Below are positions 24,923-35,900 of a stretch of DNA of 64,000 nt, one piece after another. Origin of the DNA: Phoronis australis (Eukaryota > Animalia > Phoronida); assembly GCA_002633005.1 (NCBI GenBank), contig NMRA01000291.1, positions 169,086 to 233,085 on the forward strand, written 5' to 3'. The first letter of the stretch is position 1. Each line of letters starts with the position of its first letter. Both the position numbers and the translations under genes were made by a program. The notes beneath the pieces are model-generated. The model did not search any database. It was not told the DNA's origin and saw only the letters and a program-made list of their open reading frames with translations.

Positions 24923-27900
24923 ATGACGAGGGTGCAGCTACTACCGATATTCTTCATAACGATGCTCACGTGCACAGTTTTGACTCTTCCTCCAGAACAA
25001 CGAAGTAGAAGATGCAACAAGGCATTTATGAGACTGATAGCTCACTCTTGTCGTTTAAGCAAACGGTCAGTAAGTCGTCGATTTGATTACGTGCTAGAAA
25101 AATCTTGTAAGTATCGGTTCCTACACACATTTTCTCTATGGTTACTCTTGTTACAGTTTTGCCCATTTCCTAAATTAAGATGACGTTTCTTTCCATGACG
25201 ATTGCTCGGTTTGGTGCAAAGCTTTATAAACATACAGCTTTAGGTATCCAATACTCAGCTCTGCATGCTTTGTGGTTGGTTTAGCGACTAAGCTTTGGAT
25301 TGATCTGAGTAAAATCTGACATAAAACTAATATCATTAAAATTTACACACTTATTTGCGTGAAGTAACCTGGTTACCGGCCCAAAGACATTACCGTTAGC
25401 CTGTTACTATACACTTAAATTTGCGGAGCGATCACATGCGTCAACTTTGAGTGATGTAATAGAGCGCTTTATGTGAAAGTTTCTTTTCGGTTTACACCAT
25501 GTAGTAATAAATTGTTCTCAGCGTTTCAAAACTCGTGCTTGTTTCTTCGTCAGGAATGATGACTATCCGAAAACAATTGCTAGTTATCAGTCTTGACGAA
25601 GTAACAAGCACGAGTTTTGAAACGCTGAGAACAATTGATTTACATGGTGTAAACCGAAAAGAAACTTTCATCTACTTAGTCACCATGAAACCACTTAGGG
25701 ATTAAAGCGCGTCATGTTGGTTAATTCATGATTTCGCCGATTCTTGTTCACAAGTTTGCGCACAGTTCAAACGAGAAGTGGTTGCAGTTCGTTTGTAGTG
25801 TTGAGTATTTTATAATTTAGCAGCGAACCAAAATTCTGAAAAAAATTTGGATTCAGCGAAGTGGTCACCATTTCGACTCAAAGGATGTCACTTTAACAAA
25901 CCAAAAATCGAGAATTGACAAGTTGTCTCGAATCCAACTTTTACTAGCATTTAGAGTCTGGTGAGCATTTTCGAACATGAAGCCATTTTGTCAGATTTTT
26001 AATCATACTTGGCTACAACATAATTTGTACGCGTATTTCAACGCTTCAAATTTGCCCCTACTTTTCTCATTTTCTTTAATTTTCTGAGACAAAAACTAAT
26101 TCAGTTGCTGCTCAATGATTTCAATCCCACGCTGTTCTTTTTTGTATTTATTTCGTGAGATACACTGTAAGCCAAAACAAAGCGTTCTTCTCTAGTGACA
26201 TTGTGAGCAGTTTGCACGATCACTCGCTTATCATCTGGATTATGACTCAAGTTTCTCTAGTTAAAGTTGGTGAACCCTTGTTTTTTTACCATTTCAGATC
26301 GGTTTTGAATTGTTTGGAATATTAACTAGGGAAGTTATTTCGATTTCGAGTTTTTACAGAATTTTGAATACTTTCCACATACACAGCTATTTTTAATCGT
26401 GATAAAATTAAATTTAAATTCCTAAAAACGCTAAGAGTAGGTGCTGTAGTAGTCATTTCAAATATGTACAGGTCTATTTGCCCCAACTTATTTACATTGA
26501 CACAACGTTTCAGTCGGTCATTTACCGACCATTTTCTGGTGTTATAGCGTTTTTAGAAAAACGAATCACGTGCATCTGCTACGCTCATGGTAAACACTCG
26601 TATGGTATTTTTCAAGGTGCACGACAGGATTTGAACCTGGGACCTTCCGGTTATTAGTCCAGCACTCCAACAACTAGGCCACTGAGTGGTCAATTAACTT
26701 AATCCAGGGTTGTTTATTAAAACTAGTCTTCTTTATTGCCTATGGAGAGAAAGTTGTGTGTCTCTTCTGCTTGCTGTAGGTTCTTGTGCGCAGCTTCATT
26801 GATTTTACTTTTAGTCCTTTAACCGTCGAGTATCCTGACGTTATTTTACGGGATGTTGTGTTGTTTTGTCCACATGTGCTCTGCTACTCCTGATGAGCTG
26901 TTGCCTTCTCTGCAGCATTTCGGGTGATCAACAACCCTGATTACCACTGGTTTTAGTGTTTCCGTCACCGATCTAGGATTTACCACATTTCATTCACAGG
27001 GGATTTGATAGATGACGTTCTTCCTTTTCCCATGTCTGTCTGTGGTTTAATTAAAAGTCATCATCGGCAACCAATTTAGTTTATTTAAGAAGGAGTGTTG
27101 CTTTAATGTCAACTGCGTGTCAGCTTTTATTTCATACCAATTCGTTCCAACCCTGAAGATTTGTAGTATACAGCTGTGTTTCAATGCTATCTATTGTCGT
27201 TCAGTTATACAAAGCCAGCTGACTGGTTGAAGGCGAAGGCAACCTTTTTTCTTGTCACTTTTAGCAAAAATAAGGTTCGTTGATTATCCCAGACACATTT
27301 TTCACTTAATTACAGCTTTTTGTAATTTGATTAATTTCTCGTCCTCTACTCCGGAAGGGACGTTTTGGGAGGCAAGAGTTTCGAGCCAATTTCTTTTCAT
27401 TATAGTCTGACTGTGAGAGCTGTCGAGTCAGTCACTGTTCTACCTCGGTTGTGATAAGTTCGGTCGTCGTTTCCTTTTGTTTACAAGACAGTCAACATGC
27501 CACGCTGTTGCTGCGTGCCGGGATGTATTCATTATCGTCTCACACGCGCTTTGGGTACCTTGCGTCGCTTTCCGAAGGATGACACACTTCGCCGTACTTG
27601 GCTAGCTCGTTCATGTGAAGAACGCAGCGCTACCCGTCCACGCAACGTACAAACCAGTGAAGGGTTACCGAGTGTGTGGCAAGCATTTTCTGCCGTCAGA
27701 TTATTACAGAGATATGTACGCTGAATTGATGAAGGTCCCTGCGAAACAACGCCTGAAGAAGGGTACCATACCGTCGCTGTTGATTCCCGGCAGTGCACCG
27801 TCGCCAACTCCGAGAAGTGTGTTTTTGAAGCGAGAAGCTTCGCGAGATGTAGCCACTATATACAGTGACTGGAGGCGCTTCATCTACTGTCACCCGTGCC

Positions 27901-29987
27901 TCCGAACGTACCCCATTGCGTGCAATTCCGGGAACTAGCAGTGATTCGCCCTGTGCTGTTGTCTCTAGCCCAGAGCCTGTAAGCAGCCCTGCAGCGATGT
28001 TGAGTTGTGGGAGTCGGAGTACAGGCCCAGTTCGACACCCAGTGAAGAGGACAGTTCGTCATCCAATGAACAGATCGGTGAGCCTAAGTTTGATAAGTTT
28101 ATTGTGGACTTGTATTGGAGCTATTTGGAAGGTGCCAGGTGTGTGGCGAGGGAGTAACACGGCGGGATGTAAGCAGTTTGGGTGCTCAGATCACCCTCCA
28201 GTGGGAGTGTGTCGCGGGACACTCGGGCAAGTGGGACAGTTCTTCCTCTGTACGTGAGACGACAATGAGTACACCCCAGTACGCATCAACATACGCATGT
28301 TGACTGACTCGTAAGCAAAAGCAAACGACGACCGAACTTATCACTACCGAGGTAGAACAATGACTGGCTCGACTGCTCTCACAGTCAGACTATCTGAAAA
28401 GGAATTGGCGCGAAATTCTTGCCTCCAAAACGTCACTTCCGGAGTAGACGACGAGTAATTAATTAAATTACGAAAAGCAGTACATAAGTGAAAAATATGG
28501 CTGGCATAATCAACGAACCTTATTTTTGCTAAAAATGATATGGAAAAAAGGTTGCCTTCGCCTTTAAGTCAGTACAGCTATGTCAAGCCGAAAACAGTAC
28601 GGTTAAGAAAATATGATTTGTTGAAAATCGCTCAGCAGCTAAAAGAAATAACGTTGACCAAAAACTCCTCATCAATTTTCTTAAGTATAGGCAAGAATTA
28701 TTAGTCTTCATACACTCCACACGTCACATGTAGCTAAGTCTGAAAAGCCTGAAAGTAGCTCTGCCCCGACCGGGGTTCGAACCGCGCAGACGCCCTAGCC
28801 CAGTGAGCTACCGGGACCACCGGTCGATTATAGAAATCCAAACAGATAGCTCACTGGCAAGAGCGTGTACATGATAATCAGAAAGTCCTGGGTTCGAACC
28901 CCGGTCGGGGCAGAGATCTTTTCAGATTAACTATAGGTCACGTGATGTTACCAACATATGACGTGTATGAAGACAAATGATTCTTACATGAACGATAACA
29001 ACGCCTTGATTTATAACAATACCATTGTATAAATTTTAATTAGGTTCACGACAAGTCTGCGTATTTAGAAAAATATGTACAAAACTATAGATTTTAACTC
29101 TGTAAAAGCATATAAATTTCCTAAAAGTCGAGACATTAGTAATTTGATTTTAGACTCCCTGGTGCGTGAGACGCCACGTGTTCTATATGCACAAAGTCCC
29201 TGGAAAATTCAAAAACGTCGAGGAAGTGCAAAAACAAATTAAAAGACAGGTTCAACAATAATTTAAACATCTTTTAAAATTACTACCTCATCACCTCTTC
29301 ATGAATTTAAACCAGAATTCTTGTTGCTAGGTCAATAAACAGATATTGTTATTTTAAGGTTGAGTATATTTTTAGGACAGCCTGTATTGGGGACCATAGG
29401 TAAGCAAGTCGTTTCTGTGTTATCCCCGGTCTATTATGTGTGGAAATAACTTAACTACTTTTATATGCATTTACTGTGTGCTTTTTATTTTCTTTTGTCG
29501 AATCTATCCACCCATCTCTCCTTCTATCTATCCATCTATCCATCCAACCACCCACCCAAATCCACCCACACCATCCATCCATCCATCCATCCATCCATCC
29601 AGGCATCCATCCTTCCATCCAGGCATCCATCCAGGCATCCATCCAGGCATCCATCCAGGCATACATCCATCCATCCATCCATCCATCCATCCATCCAGGC
29701 ATCCATCCATCCATCCATCCATCCATCCATCCATCCATCCATCCATCCATCCATTTGCTGTAGTTTTCACACACAATACCCTGCTTTTTGCAGCTCGCCA
29801 TGTATTATCAGATCACATAACGACAGGCAGCACATTGTTGACTGACAAACCACCGACTCCTAATCGTCTAAAGCACCAAATGCGCAAGAAAAGATCAGTG
29901 TCGCTGAAGGTTATGGCACATATATGCTGTCGCTTTGGATGCAACGTTTGGGACATCAGAGGCGCTTGCTGGGGATTGCGCTTTTGA
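24923..29987 (+). CDS. Insulin/relaxin-superfamily prepropeptide A (125 aa)
   Basis: Exon 24923-25106 (tttcag|ATG ... TCT T|gtaagt) joins exon 29794-29987 (tttgcag|) through a phase-1 intron in the C-peptide. Signal peptide [21 protein letters not shown]; B chain C-x11-C ([13 protein letters not shown]); KR site; RKKR site; A chain CC-x3-C-x8-C ([30 protein letters not shown]). Confidence 0.92.
25474..25670. repeat. ~80-bp-arm inverted repeat with Penelope-type CTGACGA...GAAAC motifs
   Basis: 25474-25554 is the near-perfect reverse complement of 25592-25670. Confidence 0.85.
26490..27060 (-). mobile_element. Penelope-like retroelement 3' remnant (GIY-YIG endonuclease, tRNA-like segment, hammerhead-like motif)
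   Basis: Across frameshifts the minus strand reads [47 protein letters not shown] tRNA-like segment (26689-26616) and a hammerhead-like fold (26542-26500) follow. Confidence 0.75.
26616..26689 (-). other. tRNA-derived (Pol III box A/B) segment, not a functional tRNA
   Basis: Box A-like TGGCCTAGTTGTTGG, a CTAATAA loop and box B GGTTCAAATCC are present, but the anticodon stem does not pair. Confidence 0.7.
27231..28563 (+). mobile_element. Kolobok-type DNA transposon derivative, copy 2, in the intron of insulin-like gene A
   Basis: Ends TTGA|AGGCGAAGGCAACC ... GGTTGCCTTCGCCT|TTAA with ~300-bp TIRs. It carries a frameshifted THAP ([21 protein letters not shown]) and the Kolobok zinc-finger segment [32 protein letters not shown]. 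Confidence 0.88.
28693..28985. mobile_element. Palindromic element made of two divergent tRNA-like heads
   Basis: Ends aagaattattagtcttcatacac / gtgtatgaagacaaatgattctt. The internal ctctgccccgaccggggttcgaacc is mirrored by ggttcgaaccccggtcggggcagag, and box A-like TAGCTCACTGG occurs on both strands. Confidence 0.75.
29520..29754. repeat. (CCAT)n microsatellite with CCAGGCAT variants, just upstream of the last exon of insulin-like gene A
   Basis: Direct reading of the sequence. It explains the HPSI and WMDG ORFs. Confidence 0.97.
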
Positions 29988-32961
29988 GAAAGAGGATAGA
30001 GTCTCTAAGATTGATTGGTGTTCCGTTAGGGTTTGAATGATCACCTGGTGGCAGTTCCTCTTTTGTGTTCGAAATATCATTCATACGAAGTCGAAGGAGT
30101 GAACACTAAAGTCGTCGATGATGTGTAAATGTGAACGATGGAGAAGAATTTGAAGATTATTTATTACGCAACGGTCATCCCACGCGTTATAAAATGTTTG
30201 AATACGATGGCATTTTATTTATAGTTGATAAATTTTTAATGAGATCTATGCTTCTCAAACTGTTTGACGTGTAGCACAAACTACAAAAGAAAAGTGAAGT
30301 GTTTTCACAGACAGCGTTAGAACTTAAACTGAACGAAGCGTATGGTAAATACGCCAAGCTGGCAAAGGGTACATTCCAAAAACCGAGTATATCGATAGAA
30401 GTGTTCTGCATGCAAACTCTGTTGACGATGATCACAGCTGAGATGTTGATTTAGGTTGTGTCTAAGGTAGATTACTTTATATAAGAAATATCTTTAATGG
30501 AAGTGAAGGGTTTATATTTTGGGCCACAAATGCATAATTTCTTTTGGAACCATTTAAAGTTGTACTTCGCACAACACCCGTAAAATTTATTGAATATCTC
30601 TTCAGCAGATTGCTTTCTCGTACAAACTTACATTAATGTTAGTAGAAAAAAAGTTACCTGGGCTTTCTAGAATTTGATCAGCATCATGTTCCACATACCT
30701 CATCCAAATCAGTGTAATTAAAAAAGTACCTCCGACGTCGTGTGCGCTGCTTGACACAGGACACTTTGGGAGAGTGGTGCATTGTGGAAAGTACAGGAAA
30801 CTGTGCACATTGACACGAAGCAGGGGTAGTCGACAAGACTTATTTTGCACCAAAACATGAAATATGGTGTCCACAGACAATTTAAAATTGCAAATTGTAT
30901 CTGTGAAAGCATTATGTTTCTGTTCATCGTGAATTGAAACCCATTATCGCTTAGGTAATTATACAAAAAGGTCTCCAGGAGTGTCACTTAATCATTTTCA
31001 AGGAAACTTGTTTTCTTCTGCGTTCTTGCCCATGCAATTTAAATGTTCAGTCCGGTCCCTTGGGTAAAGTCTGCCGTCCGTTAGAGTGACGTAGTCGGAC
31101 CCCACAGTTTTTCCTGGAGGTCTACCGGACTGAAGTAAACCAAACGACAGGCTTGTTTTCCTCGTACGCATTCACATATGTGTAGGGCTTGCAATGTTTA
31201 CTTTGGCACAGACTTATGAGATTTGTAACAGCTTTTGAAAATAAAATAATTTCAACGATTGTACAGTTAGTTCATTCTGTCGACCACAGATTGGAGTTAA
31301 AACACTCGTGACTATTCTTTTTACAGAATGAAGTGCTACATTATAAGGGAATGTGTGATACCGGTGACCCATAACAAAATGAAACCAAACAATGAAAACA
31401 GCTGAACGTACACCGTCAGGTGGCATGAGTGACGATTATTCCACTAATCACAAACCGTGAAAGGGTCAATGAAATGGAACTGATTATAACATGCCAAAAA
31501 ATAATTACATATGAACCCACTTGGAATGCGTGGCATTTTCCGAGATTGACAAAAATTGATTGTTTGATTAACTACGGGACTGACGGCTTAATAGGGAGCA
31601 CGCCCCTGGGAATCGTCTAAAATTCAATACAGTAAGTTACAGATTTAAAAGAAGTTCTGCGCCTTAACAACGTGCAGTAAACTCAAAACGCGCGCTGTGT
31701 GTTCCTTAAATTATTGCATTGGCGATTTTGCTAAACTCACATCCGTATTTAAAGATTTTGAACCCTCGTAAAACGTTATCTTCTTAAATAAAGCTCGTTG
31801 GACCGGTAAATTCGGTGCAGTGGCACATTTTTATGCGATTGAAATTATTTAATTAATAAATTTCACAAACAAAAACGTTAAATAAGTATCTTTTACATTT
31901 GAGAATACTTTATATAATTTGTGTATAAATACGTTTTTTGGAATTTTGTTGGTACAGCAACCATGAATCCCAAACTGTTCGGAGTAAGAAATGCAAGCAG
32001 ACGGTAAAATCAGACAGCGCTACAGTTTGAGTTGGCAATTGAGCGCTCTGAAGCATTGCCAAAAGTACAATACATGAAGTGTAACCTTGTAGAGGTGCTG
32101 TGGTTACCGAGTGGCATCAGCTTGATGTTAGAAGTAACGGAAGCGATCTCGCTGTCCTCTAGTTGGATTTACCAGTCTTCGTTAGGTGGTATGCTACTTC
32201 AGGTCATGTGACGAATCACGAGTCAAAGGAGATCGGAGTAGCCCATTCCCTAGGCCATGTAATAAAACGGTGATTTCAACGTAAGTCACCGGACTACATC
32301 AGAACAAGCAACAAATAGGCATACACACAGATGATCCCAGAAACAGCTCTTAGTTCATATAATGAGATAGCCAAGCCTCAAAACTTTCCTATTCCAAGCA
32401 GCCACAAAAATGACTTCGGTGTGTGTTTGTGTGTGTGTGCGTCTTTGTGTGTGCGCGTGCTTGTATGTGTCCTGTTGTCGTGCATTCCGTCATACCTATT
32501 TATCATTGTGTGTTATTACCGGCAAAAACAAATAAAAAAGTGTGTGGAAGATGCGATATCAACGAGACATATAGATTATTACATGGCGAAGTCGTTAACA
32601 CCCGTTATCCAGAGCCCGAGTGGATTTTGGAGAATTATCGCCCGAGGATAAGGTATTTTGTTAAACACGTGAAATATTGTAAAAATGGCCAATTTTTATA
32701 AATAAGGTTTGAGATAACCTTAATACCAGCAAAAACAAATTTTGCTGCTGCAAAGCTGTCGTCATCTCCTGAGAAATGTCGCAAAAATTCAGGAAACCGC
32801 GCTTGCGCGTGTCACGAGCGTACTATTTTCAAAACGATGACAGACTTTTCTTTGTTACAAGCAAACGGGTTTGGTGTTTTTTTTAGATATTTATTATCAT
32901 TTATAAACAAGTACAAAAACAAACAAACAAACAAAGAAGTATATCCATTATCTCGTATAAA

Positions 32962-35900
32962 CATAGATTATAGACAACAGATTCGCAACTCCGGCATTTT
33001 CTTACGTGCTAGCCAAGAGGCGCCGCCACACTCCTGACATTTCAGGTACAGTTTCCGGTTAGTGTATTTTGACGAAAAATATTTGCATCTACTTTACTGT
33101 CCAAAACAGCGAAAAAAAATTAATTTCGGCATTGAAACGCTTTTCAAAGTCTTTCAATGGTAGAAGTGTTGGTATTGTGAGTACTTTTGGCAATGCTACT
33201 GGTAATTAATTACAAAATTGAAACGTCGGTGTCGACTGATTATGTCGTCTGCTTGCCCAATAGCAGCATAGTTATCGGACAGTTTTTGATTGATTTATGG
33301 TTCACATAGGCCTACTGAGAAAACTACGAACGTATGTTTGTGCACAAGTTCCAAGGAGTACCTGTGAGAGCAAAAGATACTTATATAACGTTTTTGGTTT
33401 AGAAAAATATTAATTTTGTTCGAATTAAAAATGCGCCTCTGCAACGATCGACTAGTTTAACCTTTGCATGTTTATAAATCAACATTCTCAAGTGAGCAGT
33501 TCTTCTGGGAAGTGTTGAGTGGCCCTTAAAAGGGCCGTTGGTTGCACTGTGCATCAGCCTTAGGTATAGCGTGAAATGGTTCTTAAAAGAACTGTTGAAT
33601 AATTCAACATAGATCACACAGTATACCGTGCTCACTCAAGTACTGAAGGTCCTCTTCATTCAGGTTTTCATCAGGGAAGTCTGGATGAAAACAGAGGAGA
33701 TTACAATATCGATGGCAGTTGTAACACCTTATATAAATGTTACCGCTCTCCAACGTTATCACGAACCCTCTTTCAGTTCTTGTTCCTGGATTCAGAAGTA
33801 ACCCTGAACCGTAGGGAAAAAATACATACAACAAAAACGAATCAAATTTTGAAAATCATCGCCTTCGTACGATTTCGTGTTGCTGTCGCCAGACTGATGT
33901 TCCTCCCCAACATCAATGTCGAAAATCGACGTTACAAGTGATGGAAACTTGTGTCCCTTGTTTCTAACTTTTAACCCATTTTTTAAAAAAGGGGTGTACT
34001 GATTTTGTCTAATGTTGATAGAGCATAACTTTTGGTTTTTACTATGCATTAATTGTGTTGAATGCATTTATATTAAGTGGCTTCATTGAGTTGAACAGAA
34101 AATAAATTAAATGTAACACAATAAAGTTTTGAAAGTAAATAGAGCAGTAACAGGACTCCCTAAGAATCGAGCTGTTTTCGAAAACTTTGCGCTATTGGTG
34201 ATCTGATTGGTTCATGCATTTATGGCGGGAAAATAATAGACCAAGTATCTTGCACTTGTCCACTGCAGCAACACTTTGTATCTTACTCTTATTTGGCCAA
34301 TCTGTTGATACAGTAAATTTCCTTATTGATGTCCATCTTGATTTGACTGCAACTTGAGCTTGTTGGGTTCTATCATATATTGGGATGGCATTGGGACCCA
34401 CATGGTGCTTACTCGAATGGGCTTCATTTTACCAAGTGTTTCAAATTGAGGTGAAGTAAATAAACAAAGTGGGTGAATATCATCACCAGAATTTCATCAT
34501 TAGTATCTTTTGTCGGATGCTCAAATTTTCTGAGACTAGGGATTGTCAGATTTGTAAGGTAGAAGAGTTTCGCTGGATTTCCAGGTCTGTGGCGTTATTT
34601 ATACCGGACCAAAATTAAAAAAAACAGACCTTTGTTTAAATCAGGAGCTGCATGATACACGTTTTACCAGACGTGCGCAGGCAGCGCATGTGGGCCCATT
34701 GCACTGATCACTTGGAACCATTTTTATGGTTTTTAGTTAAACCAAGCTGACGAGCTTGAAACCTGATTCACGGCAATTTTTGGCAGTGGGATTTTCTGAA
34801 AAATGCTAGTACGTTGACAACAAAGTTTGATAGCAATGCACTGAAGTTTTGTAGAAACTCTGTCATAGGTTGCAGATGCGTCACAAAGCGTAAATTTGAT
34901 GAATTCTAGCTTACGATTTTACCTGTTTCAGAGACCGTGTTTCAACCACTTTTGACCTATAATATGCGCCCCCTTCCTGAAGCGGATTTTTCTAATCGCC
35001 CTGGCCGCTTATTAGGGCGAATACGGTAATATTTCAGGAGGGCAATACTTAGTATCCTGTATGCACGGGACCCTTTTGTTACATTAGGAGTGGGATTGGT
35101 TCATTATGTATCCTACAGGTGGCATAGGATTTTACAAAACTGGTTGAAGAATTTTGTTTTCGTTTGGAAATGATAGGACTTAAGGCGGAAATTTCAAAAC
35201 CATTTGTCCGCTTACAAAAATTTAACATTGAAGAATATAAACAACCTTCACACCCCTCTGGTGCAATTTCCTGTTCCATGTTTTCAAAGAAGTTGGTTGA
35301 ATTTTCATAGACTGCAGTTGAGAGATTTTGTGCGGCATATATTCCACACGATGAATGTGTAACCTGCTGTTGAATTGCGAGGTAGATTTTGACTGGTCCA
35401 GGTGGTTATTTCTGAAGTATTAATGTAATCTTTAATTTTATTTATGTTAAAGGTTTCACCAGCGTTCTATTTATTTGTACACGAATGTGAATTTGTTGAA
35501 ATCGCTGATCCAAATCCTGGCCAAATGTGCGCGTCCTGCTGAGACCAACCTTCTGATCAGGGGCAGCGAAGAGTAATTTGGTTAAAGGAGCATGCCACCC
35601 AAAAAACAACCTAATTTGTATCAATTTAGATCGAGTAGTTCTACTCCATAACCACACGTACGGTTGCGTTACCTGACACCTGACGGCAGACGGAGGTGTT
35701 GAAATTATCCAACGACGTCATCGGTTTCACACGCAGTCTGTTCAGCAGTTCACAACACGGGTTACTGGTGTCAGCTTATCGCTTGAAGTCATCGTTTAAC
35801 ACTAATAAATCATCAAATTTCGATATAAAACCCTTGAAAATACACCGAGTTCTTATAAAAACGTGTTGTTTTATTTCGCTCTTACGGAAACATTGGTACT

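Noticed and set aside
26616-26689. tRNA-Ile(AAT) gene
   Set aside because: The anticodon and acceptor stems do not pair, and the segment is embedded in a retroelement remnant.
29436-29793. HPSI and WMDG repeat ORFs, including the N-terminal part of the 183-aa ORF
   Set aside because: These are translations of a (CCAT)n microsatellite. Only the part after the acceptor at 29793 is coding.
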